From NCBI GenBank assembly GCA_051532035.1, contig JAOPTW010000006.1:32001-96000 (forward strand): 64,000 nt of DNA. Reading direction: 5' to 3'. This document shows positions 30,033 to 40,626 of the stretch, piece by piece (within the stretch, counting starts at the first letter, position 1; each line of letters begins with the position of its first letter). The translations under genes and the position numbers were made by a program. The DNA comes from Fibrobacterales bacterium. GTDB taxonomy: Bacteria > Fibrobacterota > Fibrobacteria > Fibrobacterales > JAOPTW01. The notes beneath the pieces are model-generated. The model ran no database searches, was not told where the DNA came from, and saw nothing but the letters and a program-made list of their open reading frames with translations.

Positions 30033-31838
30033 TTAGAAGTTGGTACACTTCTGTGCTTGATAGAATTTACCACCTTTAATTTTTAAGATAGTTCTTCCAT
30101 CATTGTACCCTTTTTCGGAGTTAAACTTCATATTGCCATAGACCCCTTTAACGGTCTTTGCACTGCGTAGTTTATTGACTACATTTTCGCCACCTTTTTG
30201 AATACCCCACAGTATAAACCGAGTTGCATTATAGGTCAGGCCAGATACTCTATCTTTATCGGGATTAACACCCCATCTTTTTAAATACATATTTTTGAAT
30301 TTTTCCCATTCTCTATTTTTACCGTGATCAACTAATGAGGTAGAGAAGTGGGTATTTTCCACATACTGTTTACCCTTCTTTAGAGTAGTCTTACTATACC
30401 ATCCAGATGATCCCAAAAGGTCAGCATCTACCTTATTAAAATAAGCTTGACTCGCAAGAACCGCCGCATCTTCTGGATCACTTGCCGCAATAAAGAGGGC
30501 ATCAAATGATATGGTAGAGTCGAGTAACCATTTTTTGTTTTCATCTTCATCAAATTCACTCGTATCCCGTGCACCAGAGATGAAATCTCTTTTTCTATCG
30601 AGATTAAACTTTTTAAGGCGAAGTACATCATAATGTGAGCGATAGTCTGCAAGACCCTCTTCATAATACTCTTCAAAAAGTACCGTACCACCAAACTTCT
30701 CAACAACCTTTTTAAAATTTTCTGCCATAATAGAACCATAGTCAGTATCAGGAACAAGGAGCGCATACTCTTTGTGCTTTTGACAATTAACGCTAAAGCG
30801 AGCAATAGATTGCGCAAGATAACTAGGCGAAGTGTTTATTTGAAATACATTTTTACCGAGGCCCGCAATACCAGCATCAGTGGCTGTTGGAGTAATCATT
30901 GGAACATGCGGGTACTTTTGACTCAACCACGCCCCCAGTGCTGCTGCGGTTGGGCTCATAACCGGCCCAATAATCCCTGCAATATTATCTTCGAGCATCA
31001 CCTGTGAAACTTTTCCAATTGCCTCTGCCGGATGCGCTTTCGTATCTAATACGCGATAGGACAATTCATCATCTGGATATCGTTCGTTGTGTTTCTCAAT
31101 TGCCAGAATAGCACCTTGCACAACAAACTGCCCCAATGCAGCATAATCACCACTGAGTGGAGTAACAATAATGATAGACTCTATGCCAGCACCCTTAGAG
31201 AGAAGCACATTACGTTTTTCTCTCGCTTTTGCAACCAGACTATGCCCTGGAAACTGTTGGATAATACGTTGTAGATAATTACGAGCCAATGTATACTTCT
31301 TTTTACTCTCATATATTTGAGCAAGTTGGAATACCATTGTCCCCACAATCTCATTATCAACAGGATTACTATTAACCAGTTTAAGAAGTTCCTCTTCGTG
31401 GAGTACCTGTGTCTTTAAAAGTTGCTCCATAAGAGTGCGTGCTTCTTTATAGAGGTACTGCCCCTCTTCCAAAAACAATATGCGCATTGCTTTCGATGCC
31501 CCTTGATAAAAGAGTCCATCTTGAATATCAATTTTTGATTGCAGAAGACTCATTCGATGAGTATATCGACTATCAGGGTAATAGGTAATAAAATTATCAA
31601 TAGCCTCTTTTGCCAACGCAATACTATCGATTCTTACATAGACTTCAGAAAGAAGTACCAGTGCCTCTTCACCCTCTTTCGTATCCCAGTTGCTTTTTAA
31701 CGCGCGCTTAAGTGGAGTAATAGCCTCTTCAAAAGCACCTTGCTGAATGTGTTGTTTCCCTTCAATTAACCGTTGTTCATTTTTGGCATAGGTAGTCGAA
31801 AGGGTAATACATACCATTAAAAGAAGTAACTGTTTCAT
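30033..31838 (-). CDS. TPR plus periplasmic binding-like domain protein (LppC/LpoA-like PBP activator)
   Basis: Signal peptide, TPRs, then a PLSG...GAILA...IIGPV type 1 PBP fold. Confidence 0.7.
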   Translation of the reverse strand: MKQLLLLMVCITLSTTYAKNEQRLIEGKQHIQQGAFEEAITPLKRALKSNWDTKEGEEALVLLSEVYVRIDSIALAKEAIDNFITYYPDSRYTHRMSLLQSKIDIQDGLFYQGASKAMRILFLEEGQYLYKEARTLMEQLLKTQVLHEEELLKLVNSNPVDNEIVGTMVFQLAQIYESKKKYTLARNYLQRIIQQFPGHSLVAKAREKRNVLLSKGAGIESIIIVTPLSGDYAALGQFVVQGAILAIEKHNERYPDDELSYRVLDTKAHPAEAIGKVSQVMLEDNIAGIIGPVMSPTAAALGAWLSQKYPHVPMITPTATDAGIAGLGKNVFQINTSPSYLAQSIARFSVNCQKHKEYALLVPDTDYGSIMAENFKKVVEKFGGTVLFEEYYEEGLADYRSHYDVLRLKKFNLDRKRDFISGARDTSEFDEDENKKWLLDSTISFDALFIAASDPEDAAVLASQAYFNKVDADLLGSSGWYSKTTLKKGKQYVENTHFSTSLVDHGKNREWEKFKNMYLKRWGVNPDKDRVSGLTYNATRFILWGIQKGGENVVNKLRSAKTVKGVYGNMKFNSEKGYNDGRTILKIKGGKFYQAQKCTNF

Positions 31839-31972
31839 CTGATATCCTGCTTAGTGTGCTTTCTTAGGAGTTGCGGTATATTTCTCAATACCTCAAATAA
31901 ATATACCTAAATATGAAAAATTTGTAATTTCCGGACTAATCTAGTGTGGGAATAGAGCAATTCTTTACGATA

Positions 31973-33526
31973 CTACTCCCCCTTGACCTTTGACCACAGA
32001 CTCTTCTGAAAACCTTCTATCGCCTCGACTCTCAGTACTAACATGCACCCCATAAAGAGTATGAGCAGACCAATGCCGCCACCAATGGTTTTAACGGCAA
32101 GTAAGAGCTTTCCTGATTGACTGGAAAAAGCAAAATCATAATAAAAGGAACCGAGAATATACAGCCCAATTGCAGGCACCACTACTTTAAGGAGGGTTAC
32201 CGCTGAGGACCAATAGACTCTATCGGGGTAGATAATGAGCCATGTCACAATGAGGACAACAAATTGAGCTACCGACAGTAACGCTGAAATCAGAGGAATT
32301 TTTATAATTCCCAATGAATCAGGCACTATTGAATAGAGCGGAAGTGAGGCAAAAAAGAGCCCTAATGTAATAAATGAGGGAAGCCATGTTCGTTTATCTG
32401 CATAAAAGGGGCGCACTACCAAGAGTTGCGCCGACATTGGTACTGCCGCAATAAGATAATACCGCAAGGCCTTTGCAGTCTCTTCTACTTCATTAAATCG
32501 ACCATAATGATAGACCAGCTCTATCACTGGATCTGCAAACAGGTAAAGAATAACTACTGAGGGAATAAGTAACGCAAATACTTTATCAAGAGTCCTTGCT
32601 GCAAGTTGGTTCACTGCGCAATAATTAGATTCACTACAGAGATGCGCCATATGGGGATAAGAGGCCACACTGATTGCCATACCAAAGACCCCGACAATGA
32701 CCATTGCTATGCGGAGTGCATACCCTAGGATTGCTACACTATTAGAATTATCCATGCCAAAGTAGCGATAAACAAATTCATTTGAAAAGGTCATTCCTGC
32801 AGCGACAATAAATGGAAGAGACAGGAGGATATACTGTTTAACAATAGGGTCCCGCAACGATATTCGCATTGTTAATACAATACCTGATTTTCTCGCTCCA
32901 AAAAACTGCAACAGACCACTTCCGAGTGCTGCTCCTACGAGCACTCCCCAACAAAAGCCCTCAAGACCATTACCACCCAGGCTAAAAAGACCACCAATAA
33001 TTATTGAACTATTATAAATCAGCGGTGCAAGGGCAGGGAGTGCGTATGAGTACTGGGCATGTTGAACACCTATAAAGAGGCCCCCGGCGACAAAGAAGAG
33101 TTGTCCAAAAATGATAATTTTCGTATAGGTCACTGCCAGAGCAAGTGTTTCGGCAGGCATTGGTTTATCACTCAAATAAGGGAGTAATTGATCGGCATAG
33201 ATCCAACAGAGAGTTGAAAACACCAACATAATTCCACTAATAATAAAGAAAATATTTGAAAATGTTTGAGATGCCTCTTTCTGTTTGCCTTCTTTAAAAA
33301 GCGGCAAAATAAGTGGCACTAGGGTAATGGAGAGATAGCCACTTGCTAAAAAGTGATTTAAAAGATCAGGAAGGAGAAATGCAAAATTGTATGCATCTAC
33401 TTCCGATGATGCACCGCCCACATAAGCGAGTAACCAGTTCCGTACGAGTCCGAGTACCCTACTCAATAAAATTGAGAGAGTAATAATTGCCGTACCTTTT
33501 GCAATACTTGTTGGTTTAGGGCTCAT
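31973..33526 (-). CDS. murJ: Lipid II flippase
   Basis: LSRVLGLVR, DAYNFAFLLPD and many TMs. Confidence 0.9.
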   Translation of the reverse strand: MSPKPTSIAKGTAIITLSILLSRVLGLVRNWLLAYVGGASSEVDAYNFAFLLPDLLNHFLASGYLSITLVPLILPLFKEGKQKEASQTFSNIFFIISGIMLVFSTLCWIYADQLLPYLSDKPMPAETLALAVTYTKIIIFGQLFFVAGGLFIGVQHAQYSYALPALAPLIYNSSIIIGGLFSLGGNGLEGFCWGVLVGAALGSGLLQFFGARKSGIVLTMRISLRDPIVKQYILLSLPFIVAAGMTFSNEFVYRYFGMDNSNSVAILGYALRIAMVIVGVFGMAISVASYPHMAHLCSESNYCAVNQLAARTLDKVFALLIPSVVILYLFADPVIELVYHYGRFNEVEETAKALRYYLIAAVPMSAQLLVVRPFYADKRTWLPSFITLGLFFASLPLYSIVPDSLGIIKIPLISALLSVAQFVVLIVTWLIIYPDRVYWSSAVTLLKVVVPAIGLYILGSFYYDFAFSSQSGKLLLAVKTIGGGIGLLILFMGCMLVLRVEAIEGFQKSLWSKVKGE

Positions 33527-33529
33527 AGC

Positions 33530-34333
33530 CTACAGTAATACCTTTGAGGTAGTAAACCCAGCGATAAGAATTGCTATCATTGATGCTACTACTGCTGCTT
33601 TTGTCGCTTTACCAACTCCCACCGCCCCATTTGTTGCAGTATACCCAAAATAACAGCCAAAACTTGCGATAAAGAAGCCAAATATGAGACTTTTGGTCAG
33701 TCCCACAGCAAGATCGCCATTGGTATAAAAAAGACGTACCCCGTAAAAAAACATATCGAAGCTTATCCCTTTAAAATGAGAAACAGCATATCCACCTAAA
33801 ATTGCAATGAATGAGGAGAGAACAGTTAAGACCGGAAGCATGATCAACGTAGCAACTAGTCGCGGTGCAAGAAGAAAGCGGAATGGATTAAGCGCCAAAC
33901 AATGCATTGCATCGAGTTGTTCAGTTACTGCCATAGTGCCTATTTCTGCACACATAGCCGCACCAATGCGTCCGGCAAGTACCATACCAGTGAGCATAGG
34001 CCCGAGCTCAAGCATAACTGACTTACCTACCGCCATTCCCACATAAGTCAGAGGAATCATATCGGCAAATTGATAAGCCATCTGCCATGCAGTGACCGCA
34101 CCCGTGAAGACAGAAGTAGTCAATACGAGGGGGATGGAAGTGATACCTATTGCGTACATCTGTTCTACCGTTAGGTGAAAATTGAAAATCACCATATGTA
34201 CATTCATTAACAGGTTTTTTATAAATGAAAAGTAACTATACAGACGACCAAGGAGCCCTCTGACATTTGAGCCAAGCATGATAGCCAGCTCATCAAGTAT
34301 AAATGGTTTTGCTTCTTGCACTACAGTACCCAT
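33530..34333 (-). CDS. mlaE: MlaE family ABC permease
   Basis: ELGPMLTG, GAAMCAEIGTMAVTEQLDA and GAVGVGKAT motifs. Confidence 0.92.
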   Translation of the reverse strand: MGTVVQEAKPFILDELAIMLGSNVRGLLGRLYSYFSFIKNLLMNVHMVIFNFHLTVEQMYAIGITSIPLVLTTSVFTGAVTAWQMAYQFADMIPLTYVGMAVGKSVMLELGPMLTGMVLAGRIGAAMCAEIGTMAVTEQLDAMHCLALNPFRFLLAPRLVATLIMLPVLTVLSSFIAILGGYAVSHFKGISFDMFFYGVRLFYTNGDLAVGLTKSLIFGFFIASFGCYFGYTATNGAVGVGKATKAAVVASMIAILIAGFTTSKVLL

Positions 34334-34382
34334 CCTCTATCTACGAAACAATGTAGCAATGTCCATTTTAGTTGCATAGGGA

Positions 34383-35231
34383 TCATTTTGCACCATCTTT
34401 TAAAACCGGACGAATTATCCCGTATAAAATGATAATAATCCCCCCTATTTTAAGCACACCAACAGGCTCCCCAAATGCAGTAAAACCAGCAATAACCGGA
34501 AGAACCATACCCAGAGCCGCGGAATAGGCCACAAGAATCGTCGCACGCCCATGCGCAAAACCAAACTGAAACAAAATGAATGCAGCCACAAAAAACAGGC
34601 CATGAAGCCACAGATAATATTGCGAGATCAATGTCATTAAATAGGATACAATAGTATCGAGGGAATCGATAGTCATAGCATCAAAACCAGATGCAGGAAC
34701 AACATAGGAAGAGGCCTTTAGTGTAATTGCCGCAAGACCAAAAGCAAAACCCGATACAAGGGCATAGCGAAGCTCCTTGTTTTTTAAAGAAAAAAGTGTT
34801 CCCATCGTTACCACAAGAACCGCAATAAGAACATTTGTCGCACCCTCATCAAACGAAGCTGCCGATGAATCCGAAACAATACCAAGGATCAGCACCCCTG
34901 CAATGACCAAAGCTGTTGCTTCGAGTGCAGAGCGATCGAGCCGCTCTTTTAAGAAAAGAAAGGCTAAAAAACCAGTCACGATTGGGTTTAATGACATAAC
35001 TGGTTGCACAAGGGTAATACCCCAATGAGGATTGACCAGCGCATAATTATAAAGCATAGTGCCTGCAGCGCCACATGAAACACCCAACAGCCAAAAGGGG
35101 CTTTTCAGAAGAGCAATTACAGGATGAGATAAAGCCTTGTGAGCCTCTTGCCTTATCTGATGCCCTTTTTTCTGTAATATATTTCCAAAACCGAGAAGGA
35201 GCACCGCACCAAGCGCGACCACAAAGGCCAT
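34383..35231 (-). CDS. DMT/EamA-like membrane transporter
   Basis: About 9-10 TMs; LVQPV...FLKERL and FGEP motifs. Confidence 0.75.
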   Translation of the reverse strand: MAFVVALGAVLLLGFGNILQKKGHQIRQEAHKALSHPVIALLKSPFWLLGVSCGAAGTMLYNYALVNPHWGITLVQPVMSLNPIVTGFLAFLFLKERLDRSALEATALVIAGVLILGIVSDSSAASFDEGATNVLIAVLVVTMGTLFSLKNKELRYALVSGFAFGLAAITLKASSYVVPASGFDAMTIDSLDTIVSYLMTLISQYYLWLHGLFFVAAFILFQFGFAHGRATILVAYSAALGMVLPVIAGFTAFGEPVGVLKIGGIIIILYGIIRPVLKDGAK

Positions 35232-37573
35232 TATCGATTACCCCAGATCATTTGATAGGTCCAGTAATTACCCATCACCTTCTTAAGGTAATCGCGTGTC
35301 TCCCAATAAGAGATCTCTTCTACAAACATTTCAGTATCAAGATGACCATTATTCTTTTTCCACCGTTTTGTTGGCCGAGGACCTGCATTATAATTGGAGA
35401 GTACGAGATATTCATTATCCCACCGTTTCATAAGATCTCCAATGTAACGAATCCCCAGACGAATCGCGAGATAGGGATTAAAGAGTCGTTCAGGGTCAAA
35501 ATCTACAATATTCTCTCTACGCGCAAGCTCTTTACCTGTCGCGGGCATAATTTGCATAAGGCCATGAGCCCCGGCAAATGATTCAATATCACTATCAAAG
35601 ATTGACTCTTGCCGCATCAACGCCAACACAAAATAGGGCTCTACCTCCATTTTCTTTGCATGATACGTTACCTTATCAAAATAGGGTCTCAGATAGAGTA
35701 ACTCCATAAGAGGACGTGGTGAACTCATAAGTTCTCGGCGGTCTAAACGCCACGCCATCTGTCTCGATATTCTATAAGACTGGGCAATATTGCCATAACG
35801 CAAGAAAAGTTTAGAAAATTGATACATAAAGTCGAGACGGCCAACTTTTGATTTATAGATACGCTTATAGCGGAGTTCTGCTTCATCCCAACAACCGAGA
35901 GCAAGTAAGGTCTCTACTTGAAGGAGTTGGGTGGGGTCAATAACTGTTTTTTTGTTTTGCTGATTTTGCAACCACGCGATAGTCTCCTCTTCAGTATACT
36001 CCAAAAGAGAAATTGACGGTATAGAGTCTTCTATCATGAGGGAATCATTAATGAGATAGTGCCGCGCTCTATGGGCATAAAACCCTACAGGATAATCTTT
36101 AATGGTTTTTAAAAACCAGTTCTGAGCCTCACGCCTTTTGTTGAGTTTTAAATATGCTTTCCCAAGATAGAAGCGAGATGCAGCTGCGGGCCACAACAGG
36201 TCATGATTTTTAATAACTTTTTTAAACTGTTTAATTGCCGATTTCAATCGACCCCTCTTAAACTCCACATACCCTTTTCTAAAACCGATCCATTTGCCTC
36301 TTTTAGTATCATATTTTGATGGAGGGAACTGGTTATAGGCTTTGATAGCTTGTGCGAGTTTATTATCCTGTTCAAGTTCAAATCCCTTCGTCCACTTAAT
36401 TTCCAAGGCTTTAGTATGCTTAGGAAATCGTTTAGAAAACTGAGTATACCAATAGTTAGCGCTCTTTTTCTGATCAAGAGACCTATAAGAACGTGCTAAA
36501 TTAAGATAGTCATTTGCTGTAGCCTGTTTTCGTGCTTTTTTAACAAGCCATTTATAGAGAGTAATTGCCTTAGAATATTGAGAAGTCTTTCTATAACTAA
36601 ACGCAAGTTTTCTATTAAACGATACCTTCGTTGCCCACTTGGGCTTGCGCTTAAGCAATGTTTTTAGATGAGCAATCGCTACGGTGTAATTTCTGAGTTT
36701 AAACTCAGTTTCTGCGAGAGTACTTTGTAAATAAAAATTATCACTCTTGCTTTTATAACCATCAGTCATTGCACTGTAGGCCCACTTGAGCAATGATTGA
36801 TTATCAGTTCCCTTGAGAATCACATAACAGAGTGAGTCTCCTGTAGCCTCAAACCCCTGAGCGAAAGCGATATGTACTTCTTCCTTCAAAAGAAGATATT
36901 TATTATACGCACGCTTTGGATCAAGACCCTGAATAATAGTGATGAGTGAATCTTTTTGTATGAGAAAATCTTCGTACTCAGCAAGAGTATCATTGCTCCA
37001 GAAATGTTCACTACTTATTGTTGATGCTAGAAACGTTGCAGTCTTTGAGAGTTCATCCACTACCTTATTTTTTAACTCAGTTGAAGAAAACTGGTGATAA
37101 TAGTTTTTGAGCACAGTAAAGGCCATCCGATATTCTCTGAGTGCAAAGTAAGAACGATACAGATAAAGAATCGCCAACTCTCTATAGGCCTCACTATACA
37201 CAATGCTTCTCTCGAAATGGGTTAATGCCTCACGATACTGCTGTATTCGAAACTTGCGCATCCCTGTAATAAACATTTCTGCAAGTGGATCAATTTTGGC
37301 AAGTTCATTGAGTGATTGAGTATCGACCTGTGCATGCCAATAACTCTTCTTAAAAGCATCAGCCGAGAGGAGGAGGGTATCAACAACAACCGGTTGTACT
37401 ACCATATTTTTTTCAGCGGAACTTACAGAACTATTTTGAGGGGCCGTTACTGACTCGATAACGTTATCCGTTGTCGAATCGGGAGATGCAACAAAGCTTT
37501 CACCAACAGGAATCCCTGTTGTTGCAAAGGCATACGCCATTAATAGAAATACTACAATCCCCATTCGGACCAT
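35231..37573 (-). CDS. Soluble lytic transglycosylase (Slt-like) with TPR repeats
   Basis: MRQES, GLMQIMPAT, YNAGP and ETRDY SLT motifs after a helical region. Confidence 0.9.
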   Translation of the reverse strand: MVRMGIVVFLLMAYAFATTGIPVGESFVASPDSTTDNVIESVTAPQNSSVSSAEKNMVVQPVVVDTLLLSADAFKKSYWHAQVDTQSLNELAKIDPLAEMFITGMRKFRIQQYREALTHFERSIVYSEAYRELAILYLYRSYFALREYRMAFTVLKNYYHQFSSTELKNKVVDELSKTATFLASTISSEHFWSNDTLAEYEDFLIQKDSLITIIQGLDPKRAYNKYLLLKEEVHIAFAQGFEATGDSLCYVILKGTDNQSLLKWAYSAMTDGYKSKSDNFYLQSTLAETEFKLRNYTVAIAHLKTLLKRKPKWATKVSFNRKLAFSYRKTSQYSKAITLYKWLVKKARKQATANDYLNLARSYRSLDQKKSANYWYTQFSKRFPKHTKALEIKWTKGFELEQDNKLAQAIKAYNQFPPSKYDTKRGKWIGFRKGYVEFKRGRLKSAIKQFKKVIKNHDLLWPAAASRFYLGKAYLKLNKRREAQNWFLKTIKDYPVGFYAHRARHYLINDSLMIEDSIPSISLLEYTEEETIAWLQNQQNKKTVIDPTQLLQVETLLALGCWDEAELRYKRIYKSKVGRLDFMYQFSKLFLRYGNIAQSYRISRQMAWRLDRRELMSSPRPLMELLYLRPYFDKVTYHAKKMEVEPYFVLALMRQESIFDSDIESFAGAHGLMQIMPATGKELARRENIVDFDPERLFNPYLAIRLGIRYIGDLMKRWDNEYLVLSNYNAGPRPTKRWKKNNGHLDTEMFVEEISYWETRDYLKKVMGNYWTYQMIWGNR

Positions 37574-37592
37574 TAAGAGTTCTCCACCTTTA

Positions 37593-39380
37593 TTATATTT
37601 CGACAGTTGTAACTATTCCTAACTGAGAAAACTTCTCTGCCAACTCTTCGTACAGTGTCGAGTGTATCTCATCTGCAGTACAGAGTTGCAACACTCTATT
37701 TGCAAGTTCGAGTGAATCTGAATATGATATTGACCGTACCACTTTTTTACACTCAAGAATTGCATTTGCAGTCATAGAGAGTTCATCTACTCCCATTCCC
37801 AATAATAGCGGAACAGCATAAGGGTCTGATGCCATCTCGCCACACACCGAAACCGTAATACCATTTTTATGACACGCATTAACCACTTTACGAATCATTC
37901 GTACTACTGATGGGTGAAAGGCATCGTATAAAAATTTTATCTTCTCGTTAGACCGATCTACTGCAAGGGTAAATTGGATCAAATCATTGGTGCCAATACT
38001 GACAAAATCAACTTCTAGTGACAATTCATGAATCAACTCAACTGCAGAAGGTATCTCTACCATAGTACCCACAGGAATTGATTCGTTAAAAGGGGTCCCA
38101 GCGTCTCTCAGCTCCTGACGAGCCTCTTCAAGAAGGCGTTTTGCCTCACGAAGCTCTTTGAGCCCCGAGATCATCGGAAACATAATTTTTAAATTACCAA
38201 ACTTACTTGAGCGCAGTAAGGCGCGAAGCTGAATTTTGAAAAACTCTGGTTGATCAAGGCAGACCCGAATTGAACGCCAACCCATTACTGGATTATCTTC
38301 ATCAGTAAGGTTGAGATCTTGAACCAGTTTATCACCACCAGAATCAAGTGTCCGGATAGTAACCGGTTTAGGACTCATATTTTCAAGGAGATGTTTATAA
38401 GCATAGAATTGATCATCTTCACTTGGGTTAGGCTGATCAAAATAGAGGAACTCAGATCGAAAGAGACCTACTCCATTAGCTCCATACTCCTGTACATCAT
38501 GAGCATCAATAGGCTGAACTACATTAGCATAGAGATTAATATACTTGCCATCAGAAGTGATAGGATCAAGCCCTGCCTCTTTATGAAGATCTTCATCGTG
38601 CTTTTTAAGTTTGTTCTTGCGCTCTGTATAGGTCTCAATATCATTGTCATCAGGATTGATAATAACCAATCCCCGAACACCATCAACGATAACATAGTCA
38701 CCGTTACGCACCATGAAGGATAAATTTTTAAGTCCCGACACAGCAGGGAGCTGCATAGAGCGAGCTAAAATTGCAACATGAGAGTTTTTACCCCCGATAT
38801 CGGTAGAAAACCCCAGAGTAAAATCACGATTTAGGTGGGTAAGTTGTGAGGGTGTAAGCTCATGACTCACAACAATAGCCTCTTGATTGATTACCGAAAT
38901 ATCCGAATCATCATCAAGACTACCAAAATTACTTAAAACCCTATTAAAAACATCGCGCAAATCACTCACTTTCTCTTTAGCAATCTCGCTCTCTTTTTGC
39001 TCAAACATACCTATGAGAGTTTGCATATACGTTTGATAGGCAAACTCTGCATTCTTTTTCTCTGATCTGATGATGCTTATCACATTATCGATAAGGGTAC
39101 TATCTTGGAGAATCATAATATGCGTAGAGAAAATCCGCGACTCTTCTGCCCCGAGGGTCTGAGTAATCTGAGCTTTAAGAGTTGTTAATTCTTTTATGGA
39201 CTTTGCAACAGCATATTTAAATGTAGAGATTTCGAATGCAACGTCTCCAATTTCAATGGTACGTTCTTCAACAGTTGAAACTTTCGTTTTCAATAGATGA
39301 ACCGGCCCCATGGTAATCCCAGGAGATGCTGCTACTCCGTAGAGTAACACTCGCTTTCTTTTTTTAAATACCTTACTCAT
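37593..39380 (-). CDS. ptsI: PTS enzyme I (PEP-protein phosphotransferase)
   Basis: SHVAILARS phospho-His, GLFRSEF, IGTNDLIQF and VCGEMA motifs. ATG 39380 overlaps the HPr stop. Confidence 0.95.
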   Translation of the reverse strand: MSKVFKKRKRVLLYGVAASPGITMGPVHLLKTKVSTVEERTIEIGDVAFEISTFKYAVAKSIKELTTLKAQITQTLGAEESRIFSTHIMILQDSTLIDNVISIIRSEKKNAEFAYQTYMQTLIGMFEQKESEIAKEKVSDLRDVFNRVLSNFGSLDDDSDISVINQEAIVVSHELTPSQLTHLNRDFTLGFSTDIGGKNSHVAILARSMQLPAVSGLKNLSFMVRNGDYVIVDGVRGLVIINPDDNDIETYTERKNKLKKHDEDLHKEAGLDPITSDGKYINLYANVVQPIDAHDVQEYGANGVGLFRSEFLYFDQPNPSEDDQFYAYKHLLENMSPKPVTIRTLDSGGDKLVQDLNLTDEDNPVMGWRSIRVCLDQPEFFKIQLRALLRSSKFGNLKIMFPMISGLKELREAKRLLEEARQELRDAGTPFNESIPVGTMVEIPSAVELIHELSLEVDFVSIGTNDLIQFTLAVDRSNEKIKFLYDAFHPSVVRMIRKVVNACHKNGITVSVCGEMASDPYAVPLLLGMGVDELSMTANAILECKKVVRSISYSDSLELANRVLQLCTADEIHSTLYEELAEKFSQLGIVTTVEI

Positions 39381-39642
39381 CTTCGTTAAACTTGTCCTTA
39401 AATATTTTTTGCAAATTGGCGAAAGTCTCTTCTTGATTTTCCCCATCGAGTTCTACGTCTATTACTGCACCAGGTTCAATTGCAAGCATCATAATATTAA
39501 GAATACTTTTCGCATTTACTCTGGTGTTATTATAGTTAAAAAAGACTTCTCCAATTGATCGTGAAGTCACATCAACAATCATTGAGGCTGGGCGGGCATG
39601 TATACCCAATTTATTCTGTACAATTAAGGTCTCTTTCATCAT
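39373..39642 (-). CDS. ptsH: HPr phosphocarrier protein
   Basis: GIHARPA (His15) and NAKSILNIM (Ser46). Confidence 0.95.
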   Translation of the reverse strand: MMKETLIVQNKLGIHARPASMIVDVTSRSIGEVFFNYNNTRVNAKSILNIMMLAIEPGAVIDVELDGENQEETFANLQKIFKDKFNEDE

Positions 39643-39657
39643 ATAGTATTGTTTCTT

Positions 39658-40575
39658 TTAAAAAATGTCAACGTTTACATCGAGCCCATCATCTATGATC
39701 ACATTAAAGAGTGAGTCAGTGGAGATGAGGGTTGTATTTAATTTATTATAAAAGGCAGTATCATTGAGCATCGCTCCTACAGTATTATCAGTAGCTTGCA
39801 GCTTTCCTGATAGTGCTAACAAGCGATTAGTCAAGGAGTCAACCTTGGTCAAGAGGACTTTTGTTTTCGTCGTACTCTCGGTGGTCTGTGTAAGGAGCGT
39901 TTCAAGACTCCCCATGTTATTATCTAAAAATTGGTTTACTTTTACCGACGCTCGCTTTAGATTGCCCAAACTACTCTGAAGTACCGGATCAGTATCATCA
40001 ATCATTACCTCAAGTCTATCTTCGAGTCGCTCAGCCTTAGCAAAAATCGATTTGAAACTCTCTTTAAATCGATCATTTGCAACTGTCGAATCAAGGACCT
40101 CTTTAACCACTTTCAGAAGTACTGCGGTTGAATCAAATACCACTCCAGCATACCCCATAACTTCTGCAATACCCGCATCAAATTGCCCTTCAATTTGAGC
40201 TCCTTTTTCGAGGTACTCTGGTGAATCACCCAGGCTAATCACCACCTGACGTTCTCCCATAAGGCCAATATTACGTACTCTAAAATCTGAATTATCAGGG
40301 ATGCGAATGCTGTCAACCACATCGAGGGTTACCAGTACTTTTCTACTCGCTTGATGGAGTGCAATATGTGAAACCTTTCCACTTTTTACCCCATTAACTT
40401 TTATGGGGTCACCAGGCTGCAATGTACTCACCTGTTCAAACATTACGAAATACTGTACTTTGGTCTCTCGAGGATCTTGCTCATCGAGAAACATTATTCC
40501 GAAAACCAGAATAATCAGTGCAACAATAAGCACCAAACCAACTACAAAATATTTACTCTTATCACTTGTTTTCAT
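39658..40575 (-). CDS. MlaD/MCE domain protein
   Basis: N-terminal TM, MCE domain (LQPGDPIKVNGVKSG, IGLMGER) and a helical tail. Confidence 0.88.
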   Translation of the reverse strand: MKTSDKSKYFVVGLVLIVALIILVFGIMFLDEQDPRETKVQYFVMFEQVSTLQPGDPIKVNGVKSGKVSHIALHQASRKVLVTLDVVDSIRIPDNSDFRVRNIGLMGERQVVISLGDSPEYLEKGAQIEGQFDAGIAEVMGYAGVVFDSTAVLLKVVKEVLDSTVANDRFKESFKSIFAKAERLEDRLEVMIDDTDPVLQSSLGNLKRASVKVNQFLDNNMGSLETLLTQTTESTTKTKVLLTKVDSLTNRLLALSGKLQATDNTVGAMLNDTAFYNKLNTTLISTDSLFNVIIDDGLDVNVDIF

Positions 40576-40626
40576 AGATTACTCTCAAACAACCAACACA
40601 ACGTCAGCCCATACCCTAAATGTAAT

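Noticed and set aside
35075..35581. 168-aa + strand ORF
   Set aside because: Antisense to the slt and DMT genes, with no recognisable features.
39381..39446. ORF-track N-terminal extension of ptsI
   Set aside because: Overlaps HPr by more than 70 nt; ATG 39380 gives a typical 8-nt coupling overlap.
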